Source: Lama guanicoe
Taxonomy: Eukaryota
Length of the DNA: 64,000 nt
NCBI GenBank assembly: GCA_013239625.1
Contig: MU056000.1
Span: 13,913,787-13,977,786, forward strand
Direction: 5' to 3'
Shown: positions 14,170 to 26,547 of the stretch, piece by piece
How the letters are laid out: each line of letters starts with the position of its first letter
Position numbering within the stretch: the stretch's first letter is position 1
Notes under the pieces: model-generated
Seen by the model: the letters and a program-made list of their open reading frames with translations, nothing else
Database searches by the model: none
Told to the model about the DNA's origin: nothing
Position numbers and translations under genes: made by a program

Positions 14170-14233
14170 TATTTCATTTTGTATTACATAAATGAGTAGT
14201 GATAAGTGCCAATCCGGAGGAAGGGGTACTTAC

Positions 14234-14401
14234 TCTGAGGAAACCTTGGGGGGTTGTCGTTGACATCGGTCAGGGTGATGTTGACCGTGGTCGATCCTGA
14301 AAGCCCTCCAACTTGCCCAGCCATGTCTTTGGCTTGAATGACCACTGAGTAGTGCTCTCGGGCTTCTCTGTCCATATTATGTAAGGCAGTTCTAATAACT
14401 C
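14234..14401 (-). CDS. CDH18: Internal coding exon of type II classical cadherin (cadherin-18), C-terminal half of ectodomain repeat EC2
   Basis: Minus strand reads ...tattacag|GA GTT ATT AGA ... CCT CAG A|gtaagt, giving 168 nt and phase 1/1. Translation (G)[55 protein letters not shown] carries the cadherin DRE, AxD and DxNDNxP Ca2+-binding motifs and matches my recall of CDH18. The paralog call is from memory. Confidence 0.93.
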
Positions 14402-16624
14402 CTGTAATACATGTTTTAAACAGATCAGTATGGATTGAATAAAAAAGCGACAGACATATCTCTCTCTCTTTTTTAATTTTAAGAGAAGTCGTTTTAAATA
14501 GAATGCTTTGGAGAGAAAGTCAGGCTTCTGAGACAAATAATACCTTAATGTTGTTATTAAAACTGTCTCACTGAAACACTTATTTACAAAGCAATCTATG
14601 AGATGCAAATTAAGGTTATAGATCTCTTTGCGGCCCTGGGGGTGACTGGCCCCTAGGGGGAAGCCTTGAAGCCCCTGACGCTGATGGCCTGATTACTTTA
14701 CAACCTGTGCTCCTCACACATGGCAGCTGAGACAATTGGAGTAGAGGTTAATTTTTCTCCTATGGGACAATTTACATAGTTTTCTGACGGGGTTGTCAAA
14801 GTTTGATGATGGAAAACATTGGAGGAGTGTAGACTCTTGAACAAAGATTACAGGCAGGAGTCATTGTTTATCAAGACTAAGAAACTGTTTTTGTCAGGAA
14901 ATAACAACTACAATAAGAGCTAGATCTAAGTAAATCAGCAAAATAAAGTGATGAGATTGATTCCAAAAATTACATGTAAAAGTCACATTCTTTGTCCTGT
15001 AGCGCCAAAAGAGACATTTAATGCACTTTCTCATTCATTATTACCGGATTCAATAAAGAGATACAAAATGCTAAATATCCATATATAGTTATGTGCATGT
15101 AGGTAAACACACACACCACACACACAAACACACAAATACATAAATTAGATAGTTTTGTCAATAGAGCCTTACATTAAAACATTTTAATGGACACACATGT
15201 TCCACAAGGTCAAGTTTACCCAAGGACTATCATCCATGTCATAAAGTAAAAAATTGTCTTCACGTAGATGAGCCATATTATACATAAGTGTTTAAATAAA
15301 TAATCATACATGTATTTATATGTAATACAAATGTAATGTAAATATATTTGGTATTCCAAATGTAAACAAACAACAACCTTTCTTTCTTTTATTAAACATA
15401 TTTGGATCATGTCACTTTTGAGAAAGATGCCAATGGCTTCAATCAAATACACACTTGGTTACTTTGCTGCATGATTCATAGGATGATGACAGTTATACTA
15501 ACTGCCAACTATAGAGTTTAACAGATATTTTTGCAAGCAATATATTGATATAATGGGAGACAATAAAGTTGTATATTCAAGTTAAAAAATAGTCTTTAAA
15601 AGTGGAAAGATTAGTCAATTAGTTGTTTTGAATATAAAACACTTAAGTACTTATATGATTATTATTATATTTTACTGAATTGTTTGCATTTGTACTTTGA
15701 AAGGAGAAACACAGGCACCAGGAAAAGAAATTCCCTGACTTTCAAAACTTGTAAACATATAATTGAGGGAGTTCAGGAGAATTTTCCTGAAGCAAAATAG
15801 GAATGAAAATTACTCTTATCAAAAAAATTATAATAGTATAATAAATGATTCATCTAATTCATGCACATGAAAAAGCCTCAAGCATCCTTATTAAAAAGAA
15901 CGATGCTTTAACACATATGATAAGAAAAAGTTAAATTAATGCAGGAAGGAACAAGCTAAGAATGTATAAAAAATATTTTGTGAAAGAAATATATACTTTC
16001 TAATATATTTTAAAAAATAAAGATGTCACTCTAAGAAGACTGCACTATACATGGGACCTGACTCTGTATGAGATTATTGTCCAGGATGTTTTATAATGAA
16101 ACCCCGACAGTGATATGTGCCAAATATAAACCTATAAAAATAAAATCTATTATTAAAATGTGAACGATAAATATTTCTTGTATACAACTTGAAAGTTATT
16201 CATTTGAAGAGGATCACTGAAGAGGGAACAACCTCTGTTTTACATCATGGACCTCAATAATGTCACTGCATTGCCATTACCTCGCTTCTTTGGTAATACA
16301 GCTACTCTGACACAAAATGGGAAGGGAAAAGAAAAAAAACTTGTCAACAAAATTTATTTACGTAAAGAAAAGAGCATACTCAGAATGGAAACATCTTTCT
16401 CATAAATGATTGTCTAAGGAATCGTTTTAACTCTCAATTCTCTTGAGAATGGCCCAGCTGCATGTGCTTAGCTTTGACTTCCCCTGAGGGCACATAGGTA
16501 ACTGGGGAATGTTCAGTCAAATCGCCATAGCAACACGATCCCCATATACAATTGTCAAATGTAGCCCAGATGTTTATAAGTGGGGTAGCTTAGAACACAG
16601 CTGATGCACATTTTTGGTTCTTTT

Positions 16625-18710
16625 TGACTTTATTTCTTAGAGCAGTTTTAGATCCTCAGCAAAATGAAGAAAGTGCAGTTGCCATGTACATTCCTTGCCC
16701 TGACACATATAACTTCCCCCACGATCATCATTCTGCATCAGAGTGATGCATTTGTTACAGCTGATGACCCCACACTAACACATCATGATCACCCAAAGTA
16801 CATAATTTACAGTAGGATCACTCTTGATGGTATACATTCCATGGGTTTGGACACGTGTATTACGGCATATATCCATCATTACCGTATCACACAGAATAAT
16901 TTAACTCCCCTAAAAATTCTCACTGCTCCAGTGTTTCAACCTTGCTTCCCCTCAACCCTTGATTTATACTGACTTTTTACTGTCTCCATAATTTTGCCTT
17001 TTCCGGAATGTCATACAATTGGAATCCTACAGTGTGTAGTTTTTTCAGATAGGCTTCTTCAACTAGCAATAGGCACTTAAGGATCCTCCATGTCTTTTTA
17101 TGGCTTGATAGCTCATTTCCTTTTAGTGCTGAATAATATTCCTTTATTTGGATGTGCCACAGTTTGTTTATTCATTCACCTGCTGAAGGACATCTTGGTT
17201 ATTTCCAAGATTTTATGATTATGAATAAATGTATAAACATCCATGTGCAGGTTTTAGTGTGGACATAAAACTTCTTTAAGTAAATACCAATGAATGTGAT
17301 TGCTGGATCTTATACTAAGAGTATGTCTTGTAAGAAACTGTCAAACTGTCTTCGAAAATGGTCGTACCATTTTCACTCCAACCAATCATGAAAGAGTTCT
17401 GTTGCTCCACATCTTTGTTAGCTTTTGGTGCTGTCAGTATTCAGATTTTGGCTATTCTATCAGGTGCGTAGTGGTATCTCACTGTTGTTTTTATTATTTT
17501 TTAATAAGCATTTATTTTTATTCTTTTTTTTTCCCAATGGAGATAGTGGGGATTGAACCCAGGACCTTGTACATGTTAAGCATGCACTCTACCACTGTTG
17601 TTTTAAAAGGCACATGATGTTGGAAAATTTTTTCATATGCTTATTTCCATATGTATGTCTTATTTGGTGAGATGTCTGTAAGATCCATTTTTAAATCAGG
17701 TTATTTGTTTTCTTATTGTTGAGTTTTAAGGGTTATTTGTATATTTTAGGTAACAGTCCTTTATCAGGTATGTCTTTTGCAAATATATTCTCTCAGGCTA
17801 TGACTTGTCTTCTTATTCTCTTGACAGGGTTTTTCACAGTATAGAAGTTTTCAATTATTTAAAAATTCAGATTATCAATTATTTCATGAATCATGACTTT
17901 GGTGTTGTTATCTAAAATGTTACAGCCATATCCAAGAACATCTAGGATTTCTTCTGTTACCTCCTAGTAATTTTTTAGTTTTGTATTTTATATTTGGGTC
18001 TGTGATACCTTATGAGTTCCTTTTTGATAAGGGTGTAATATCTTGATACACATTAAAAATATGTGTCATTTTTTGCACGTGGATCTCAATTTGTTCCAGC
18101 ACCATTTGTTTAAAAATGACACATTTTTCTCTGTTGTATTACATTTGCTGTTTCATCAAAGGTCAGCTGACTACACGTATGAGGAATTGTTTATGGGCTT
18201 TCTAATCTGTTCCATCAGTATTTTTGTCTATTCTTTCATCAATGCCACACTGTCTTGGTTACTATATCTTTGTAGTAAATCTTGAAGTAGGGTACTGTCA
18301 GTCTTCTTAATTTGTTTTTCTCCTTGAATATTGTGCTATCTATTCTGGTTCTTTGCCTCTACATATAAACTTTAAAACTAGTTTGTCAATACCCACAAAA
18401 TAACTTTCTGTGATTTTGACTGATATTCCATTGAATCTACAGATAAAGTCTGGAAGAAGTGACATCTTGACAATATTGAGTCTTCCTATCATGATATAAA
18501 CATGAAATACATCTCCCTTTATTTAGTTCTTATTTGTTTATTTCATGAGTGTTTTGTTGTTTTCCTCATATAGATTTTGTACCCCTTTTGTTAGATTTAT
18601 ATAGAGGAAGCTATCTAAATGGTACTGTTTTTAAATCAAAATCCACTTGTTCATTGCTGGTATATAGGAAAGAGATTGACTTTTATATATTAATCTTGTG
18701 TCCTGAAACC
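16625..18710 (-). mobile_element. Old L1 (L1MB/L1MC-like) 3'UTR + ORF2 3' region
   Basis: Antisense 3' end 'gactttatttcttagagcagttttagat..cagcaaaatga', then continuous T-rich antisense ORF2 sequence (YKSQSLSYIPAMN-type remnant). Confidence 0.85.
17492..17597 (-). mobile_element. tRNA-Ala-derived camelid-type SINE (Vic-1-like), 5'-truncated, inside L1
   Basis: Minus strand reads CAGTGGTAGAGTGCATGCTTAACATGTACAAGGTCCTGGGTTCAATCCCCACTATCTCC, with B-box GGTTCAATCC and an A-rich tail. TSD cactgttgtttt at 17480-17491 and 17593-17604. Confidence 0.85.
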
Positions 18711-18711
18711 T

Positions 18712-18878
18712 TACTCTCTCAAGACTGAATCCTTCAAAGTAGCTCCCACTGTGGGAAATGTGGACAGAACACACATTACAAGGACAGAGGAGGGGGTGAG
18801 GAGCCTCTGATGGCCTGGCTCCAGCTTGCCGGTCAACTGACATTAGCATCCTCTGGATGACTCCCCAGCCTCCATAAC
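18712..18878 (-). mobile_element. 5' fragment of an ERV1-type LTR abutting L1
   Basis: Abrupt rise in GC. Minus strand 'cccacagtgggagctactttgaaggattcagtcttgagagagtaa' resembles laurasiatherian ERV1 U3 sequences. Confidence 0.5.
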
Positions 18879-20139
18879 TACTACAGATGATTTCAGTGCA
18901 AGTGGGTCAAGACCATACTTTGACTACAATTAGAAAGATGAAATCCTGCCATTATGAATGTGTACATTTATTCACTTTTTATCTCCATCTTGTCATGTCT
19001 ATAAATGCATGTACGGGGATACACACATGCACACAGGCAATAAATAATATGCAATAATAATAGATATTTTTCAAAACGATGAAGCCTAAACTCATGTACA
19101 AGACTAGGATAAACTATACTTACACAGTTCAAGTAAGAAGTGATGCTTTTTTTGTTTGTTTGGCTTTTTCTGCCATGTATCTATGTACCTGCTAATTTTA
19201 ATATAACTTATTTCTGTCTTCTACATAAACATAATAAAGACTTACCACGTGGCCTTTTCATTAAGTAAATTTGCAAAGAAAAAGATACAAAGCAGCCAAA
19301 TTAATCACCATAAACTGTTGCATTGTTTGTTTGTTTAAAAATAAAGAAAACTCTCCGCTTTTCAATGTTTGCCAGGAAACTAGTAATGGCATATTCTGAA
19401 TGTTTGTCTGATATGCTTCACTAGCAATGTTTACTTCAAAATTTTTAATGAGAATTGTTGCCTCTTATTCTCCTGTGGTACTGGGTTGAATCAACAGGAT
19501 GTGATTACCCTTGTATCATTTTGTTTTGTTTCTTACTACTTTTCTGGTAAACGATTGTAGGTGCCCCACTGCCTGCAAATTACCTTCTGACTACTGCTCC
19601 CCAATCACCTTGATATATAGGGATTGGTAACTGGGAATTACTCTCTGCTGAATACAAGTTCATAACGTTTGAAAACTCATTCGGAGTTGTAAACATTACT
19701 CGTTGAACCTGACTCACCAGACCGCCATATGTTTTTGTTCCCTGACTGATAATAGTCATATAAAGCACTAGATCCTCCAAAATGCTTTCCTGTATTTTTA
19801 CCCACTAAAAAGAATTTAAGATAGAAATGTATAAATCTAGTTTATTAGATAATACCACAGAAGATTGCAAAATAAAATCCCTAAAAGGCTGAAACAAATA
19901 AGCAATAAAATATGGCATTCAAATTCTTACAAACACCTTCAAGGTACACATATGCATTTATAAGAGGAACCAGTAAGTTTTTTTCCATGTCTTAGGTACA
20001 CATAACTAATTTTGGCTCAGTTGCTTATCTTGCTTCTAAATTTGCACAACTGCTCATTCAGTTATTTAAAGTCTACTATTTTATTATGTAATATCTATTA
20101 AAATGCACTGGAGTCCCAGTATTTCTCTAATGGGGAACA

Positions 20140-20320
20140 AGGGCCACCTAATAACAAAATTACGTGGATTGACATGTATCATGCAGCTTCAAGGACACCA
20201 TCTTAGACCTACTGAATCAGAATCTGGGGCTGTGGGCCAGCATCAGTATTTGTAACAAGCCCCTTCCGTGATTCTCATGAATAGTTCAACCTGAGATATC
20301 CACCCAGAGTTGAGAACATT
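20140..20320. mobile_element. MER5-type hAT-Charlie element
   Basis: Core 'agacctactgaatcagaatctgggg...gtatttgtaacaagcccc..gtgattct'. Confidence 0.75.
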
Positions 20321-20719
20321 TGATATCTGGCCTCCAGATGCTCATATTTCATTGGAGGATCTGTTTATTTAAAATAATTAATATGAACATTGAGAGGTTT
20401 AGAAATGTTTCAAAGTTTCATTAACCATTTTCCATACAATGACATTTGACATCTTGGCAGTAATGATTCACCTTTCCAACTGCCTGCTTGTGTTCTTTAT
20501 GTTAGCTATTAAATTGCTATTTGGTTCAACATTTAGTATATTGCATGCTATTTCTATTCAGCCATGCATTATGAATTTTCCCAATGGACTCTGTAAAGAC
20601 AATTTGGCTTCCATAAATTCCTGTCTACACTGAAAGCAAAAACATTCAGACATGGAATCTATATGTTTCCATCATCATCACAGTTTCAGAAATCTCTTTT
20701 TGTTCTTCATCACCAATCC

Positions 20720-21110
20720 AATGTATATTGAGTACATGTGTTTCTGCTCTGTTTAAAATGTGGGATACAGAGACACATAGGCTAGAACTTATGACTTTAA
20801 AATATCATGACTGAAGTGTTTCCTGGCAGGGAAATACATATGCAACTATGAAAAGTTAAGTAATATGGAAAACATTTAATTAAATGGCAGACAGAACCCA
20901 GACTTCAAAGGGCATAGTTATCACAATGCATGAGCATGACCAAGGAGTACTTTATGGGCAAATGACATGTTTGTAGGATATGGATGATATATAGATGAAT
21001 AGAGAAGTGGGGAGTCCCTGGAAAGCGGATCTGAGATGAATAAAGGCATATAAAATGTGCATGGCAACACTGATAAAATTAGCTTCATTGGAAAATGACT
21101 GTAGAAGAAT
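20720..21110 (-). mobile_element. L2 fragment
   Basis: Degraded antisense L2 pattern (tattgagtacatg..ctgctctg..tgggatacagag). Confidence 0.45.
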
Positions 21111-22369
21111 ATAAGAAATTAGGTACTCATTAATGTCTCTTAAATATTTCTACGTTTTGTTCTTCAAGTGACTGAGCGTTTGAATAGTTCCCTTGCTGTC
21201 CCGGTGGAAAGTCAGAACTGAACAAATTTCACTACTTATCAGGTGTTCAGGGTTGTGGTTGGACAGTTAGTTACCACTACGGCTACATTTAGCCGATTTG
21301 AGACTTTATAAAGCTTCAGTGGAAAACAGATTAAATGTCAGATTTTTATTTATATTTTTGCTTACGATATATTTCACTTTTAAAGAAAAAAATAAGATAT
21401 ATGAAACACTGGCAATCCAGAATTTAAGGAAAAAAACATATTTAGCTTCAAGCTATGACTCACAGAATTAACAATCATAAATTCATGAAGGTTGACATTT
21501 TTATGCTATAGTAGGAAGATTCAATTTTTCCTCCTCTACATTTTTTTCTCTTTCTACCATTAAAATTGATGGTGAAGCATTTTATTTCTGCTGAGGAGAG
21601 AAAGATGCAGAACTCACATTCTTTGACTATAGAAGGTGACTCAGGCACTCCCTTCAGGTACATAGCTCCTATTTTTTCCCATATTATTCATGAGAGAGAA
21701 AGCTCAAAATTTAAATAAGTCTCTCTAGACCAGAAATTTGCAAAAGCTGAAATATAACCGAGAACTCCCTGACATTAAATGCCACAGTGACATCAGTTCA
21801 AGTTATGAAGTCTTGGAACCTTGTGGAGCCTATAGGTAAGGCTTGAACTATTGTCCAGGAGAGATGGGGGTGGGAGGTGGGGGAGGGGGGGAGAAAGCGA
21901 GCAAGAGAGAGAAAGAAGACGAAGAAGAGGAGATACAGAGAAACCCTATCATAAAAACAGGTATTACTTTCTCTATGGATTGGGGGAAATAAATCAGACA
22001 GATTCAAAGACTACGTGTTGTGTGTATGTATCATCAAAGATACTTCTGATTTAGAAGTTTTATTTCCGTATTTTCTTTTTTTTTTGCATTTTGCTTATTG
22101 TTTATATCTGTTATTAGTGTTTCAGTGTGATCTGTAATTTCAAAAGATCAGTCTTTCTAGTCAATATATTTAATAACCATGCTGATAAAGTCATACGGCT
22201 GCCAGGGCAGTTGTGAAGGTCAAATATTCTACAGACTTTCAGGCTTTCAGTAAAGCTACTTCATTCAGCAAAAATGTATGAAGACAGCACTATATATGGA
22301 GAACAATAAACTATCAACTTCAAAAAGGGCTTTCCTGGGTGGCGAAATTTCACTGGTGATGATGATGAT

Positions 22370-22590
22370 GACAGTTATTAAGTCTCTATTAAGAATTAAG
22401 AAGAATGCTTTATGCTAATTATCATACTAATTTCTCACACTGACTGCCTGTGGAAGTTATTCATATTATCCAAGAGGGAATGCAAGAACAAAAGGGTTAG
22501 GAAGATTGCTCAAGGACAGATACGTATGATAGAACCAGTATTCAGTCTATGCAGTTAGAATTCAGAGTCTGCTGTCACAATCATTACCTT
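22370..22590 (-). mobile_element. MIR SINE
   Basis: Degraded antisense MIR core (aagggttaggaagattgctcaaggacag...agaaccagtattcagtc). Confidence 0.55.
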
Positions 22591-22929
22591 CTGAGCTACT
22601 GATTCCTTGCGAGTAAATCGAGGAAAACACAGCAGAAGAGCCTGAAATAGATTCTGGAAGAATGTCTGCATCTTGTCAATGTGGCTTCAGAAGCAGTCTC
22701 CATCTCTCTTGTCTAATTTGGGTTTTAATAGCCTTGGAATCAAAATTCTGAGTATAATCAAGGAGATGTCAGAAAGATGGTGGAAAACCCTGAGTAACTG
22801 AAAGATCTGACTCCAAAAGATGAGGATTAAGCCTTTTGTCCAACAGGAGAAAGAGTGAGAAACTTAGAAACCAAAGAATCATTTTGCTCCAAGTGGCCAT
22901 TAGCCATTTATGGTCTTTTTGCAGGGTGT

Positions 22930-23360
22930 CAAATACCAATACCATTAACAACAGTTGCCCTATGCCTGCTTTGACCAATGCAGTATAGTGGAAGTGACAT
23001 TATGGCAATTTCTGCCCTGGACTTAAGAGGATTGTAAGCTTCAACCTTGGTATACATGAGCTCAGAGCCTTCAGGTAAGAGCTCCAGCTCCCCTGCTACA
23101 GAAAGCACACAGAGATGCCCTGAGATGAAAAGGGTTAGGGATACCTCTGAGCCCAGTTTCTCAGCTATTCCCACTGAGGCACTGGGCATATGAGTGGATT
23201 CAGCTTTGAATGAGTCCAGGTGTCAGCAGAATGCTATCAAGTAACCAAGCTAATGCCACAGGGCTCAAGAAATTGCCCAGATAACCCCAACTTCTTGGCT
23301 TCCAAAATCACTGTGGTTTTGAAAGTTCTGGGTTTGGGTCAATTGCAATGGCATTCAAAT
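22930..23360 (+). mobile_element. MLT1-type MaLR LTR
   Basis: 'ctgctttgaccaatgcagtatagtggaagtgac...cttaagagg' and 3' 'ctgtggttttgaaagttctgggtttgggtc'. Confidence 0.7.
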
Positions 23361-23366
23361 TTAGAA

Positions 23367-23500
23367 TACACACACAAACACACACACATACAGATAAATA
23401 TGCACATGTACATAAATACAGATACACATGCATACACAAATACACACTTTATACAAGCATATATATATACACACACACACAACATACATTTAAACACATA
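23367..23500. repeat. Degenerate (CA/TA)n low-complexity tract
   Basis: Direct reading. Confidence 0.85.
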
Positions 23501-26500
23501 CTTTTTTTCCTCTCCGAGAAGTAAATGATGGTTTGCTTTCTATACTACCTCTAACACCATTAAATCGAGGCTATATATTTCCTAAATACGGTCTTCTCTT
23601 CTGCCTCCTTCCCCTTCCCCTTCACCTCCCCTCCCTCTCCCCCTACCTCTCTACTTCCATCCTACCCTTCTCTCCAGAGCTGGAGTGCATATACAGAAAC
23701 ACATACACCTCAAATACTACAGCTATAGTACATGTACATATATTTCATGAGTTCAGGTAATAAACAGAAGAGGGAAGATAAAATTGACCTTTGTATAATT
23801 GATGTGTAATCAACACAGGGAATACAACTTCCTGTAAACACTGAAATCAAGACTCTTATCATCTGGAAATTTGCACTCTACAGGGAATAAAAAAATTATA
23901 TGTGATATTTATGAGATCTTTTTAATCAAGATAATTAGAAATGTAATTTCAAATGTTATATCAGATAAAATATTTTATTATAAGATATTGAATGCAGACA
24001 CACTGTATCTTAAATATAAGTGTATTTTCTTAGAAAACAATAATAAACTAATAATAAAAAAAGAAATCTAGAAATCTAGAAATAGTCAAGTATAATTTTT
24101 CCAAAATAGCACATTCATGTGGTTTATAGAAACCTGATAGACTCAAAATATAAACAACAAAAAAGAAATATTAAGTTTACCATGTAGATATATTATGCAT
24201 TGCTTAAATATTGCTATATGTCTCTGTATTCTACTTCTTATTTTTTTTGCAATTTATTTTTTCTCTTTAATTTTTTTCTTATGATGGTTAAAATGAATTT
24301 AAAAACGTAAAATGCTTTTATATAGGATTTTTTTGGTTGCAGCTGCTATTTAAGAAAGGGTCTTTAATATGACTGTATCAAAAATATTTGGAATATTTGT
24401 TGTTGAGACAATTTTATTTAAAGCCATTTAATTAAGAAAAAATACCAAAACATTCCCTTATAAAATATGTGTATACTAATGAACATCCAGTTTTATTAGT
24501 AATGGTATAGTTGACAACATAGGCCCATAAGTAACTCAAAATTGATAATTTCTCCTGTAATACCAATTTACTTATTGTGTCATCTGCTTTCTTGATTTTT
24601 TAAAAGAAAGTTCTATTTTTCTTTTGGAGTATTATTTTATTTTACAACACATTGTATCATACTCTAATAATCAGAGAAGACATTGCCATATGCAATAAGC
24701 TACATATCACAATAGGCATGCTATAACTGTGGATATGTAAATATGCATATATATTATCTACACATGTTTTATATGCTACATAACAAATAGTAGTACTGAA
24801 ACAAACTCATATGAACAATCTGTAAAATTATCTGTAAGATTTCAAGGGTATACATACAATATGAGTTGCATTTCCCTTGGCACATAATTTAACATTGAAT
24901 CCTTAAGGGCATCTGTGGAGAATTCAAGTGGCTATCAAGTTTCTGAGAATAAGAAATTGAATGTAGCCAGGATGACCATGGTACATTCAAGGAGCAACAT
25001 AAGAAAAGTACAAATATAATTGAAAAATATGGTAAAGTAGTTTTTAGGCTTTCAAGAAGCCTCTCATGTACAAAGGCCAGTCTAAAGTGGAAACATCACA
25101 AAGTCAATTATTTATGATTCTCCCTAGATTTTACTGGAAACTTTAAAAATGATAAGAGATTAACATGTTTGACAGTATTTGGAGGGGGATATTATGCTGG
25201 CTGTATACACTTGACCAGTAAACAATTCAATTATAGATGTCTGATAGCCATTAGATAACTTACAGATAAATGTATTATTACTTAATGAGTGTCCATTGTG
25301 GCTCCAGTATCACGGAGAGGCAGTAGTGAAACCATGTGAACAGGGAAACTAATTGTGAATATCCCTTACAAGCACAGTGGCATGTCGCATTAAGTAGCAG
25401 GAACATTAAGCGGCTCAAAGAAACATGGAAGTTTTATAGATAGGGTCTTATTCCTGGGAGAGAGGTTTACTCATGTGTTAAAGCCTTATCTGTCCACACT
25501 CTGAATGGTTCAGGTGAGCAATCATAGTAGCTTGGGTGCCCTCTTAGCATTTACTGAGTATAAGTATTGCATAAATTAATAATCTGGTACCCTTCTTAAC
25601 TAGCAACTAAGTGGTAATAACAGAATATACAACATAGAAGATTGCTCTATTCTAAGTTAAATGCTATTTACAAGACATTCAAGTGCTTGTTGACTTATAT
25701 AAATGTAAAATGCTGCTTTCACTGTGTGACAGAAGAATAGCATAGGATCCATCCCTGTTTGACAACCTGATGCACAGAAGCTGAATCTATCAACATACAG
25801 ATTTTGATCCTTTGAGGAACAATGAATAGAAAGTCCTTCTCACTGGAAAGATGAGTCTGAAAGAACTACTCTTATGTGATTTTGTAAAACGGGGCTTTTA
25901 ATCAGTGTCTGAACATTTTTGTAGAAGAGGATTTCTGAGAAAGAAAAAAGTAACTAAGGAGCACACATCAAAGAACAGTTTTATTCTACCAAGCTGTACA
26001 ATTTTACTGTGGTTTCCTAATATTTGGATTTATGAAGTAACATATTGTTGATGGGTTAAATTGCAACCAGGGGAAAAGAATGAATGATTGGAAACTGAAA
26101 TAGGTCATTTTCTTGATTACTGAGAATACTGAATAATTTAATGTGTTGCTCAAAAAAGGAATTTGTGTTAAAAAAAAAAACAGATTTATTGAAAATCTAC
26201 TCCATGATAGAAAAATTCAAAAGTTTTATCTTGCATATGTTGGATAGAAATGTGAACCACCAAATAGCAAAATCAGACAGCTAAAATAGAAAGTTGCATC
26301 CAAATGTTAATTTTCACTTTGTTTCTCCAGTGATCATAAACAGATAGATTAATAGTAAAAGCTAACAGGCATAGGAATTCTTAGATCTCTCTCTGTGTCG
26401 TGACTAAAGTTAGCATCTCCTTAATCTTTGCCTAACACATGCTGTGGGTACCTGTCATCTAAAAAATGAAAAATGTACAGTCCCTTGTAATTCTGCATTT

Positions 26501-26547
26501 CTTGTTGACAAATCTCAGAAAAAAAAAAAAAGAGTTGTCTATATACT

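Noticed and set aside
14184..14375. 63-aa ORF as a standalone small gene
   Set aside because: It is the CDH18 exon read from an internal Met and through the donor (gtaagt at 14233) into the intron.
19580..19780. 66-aa ORF (…IYQGDWGAVVRR) as an endogenous viral or hydrolase-like fragment
   Set aside because: Only a short GDWG resemblance. It is not in the CDH18 frame and I cannot recognise a family; tBLASTx would be needed.
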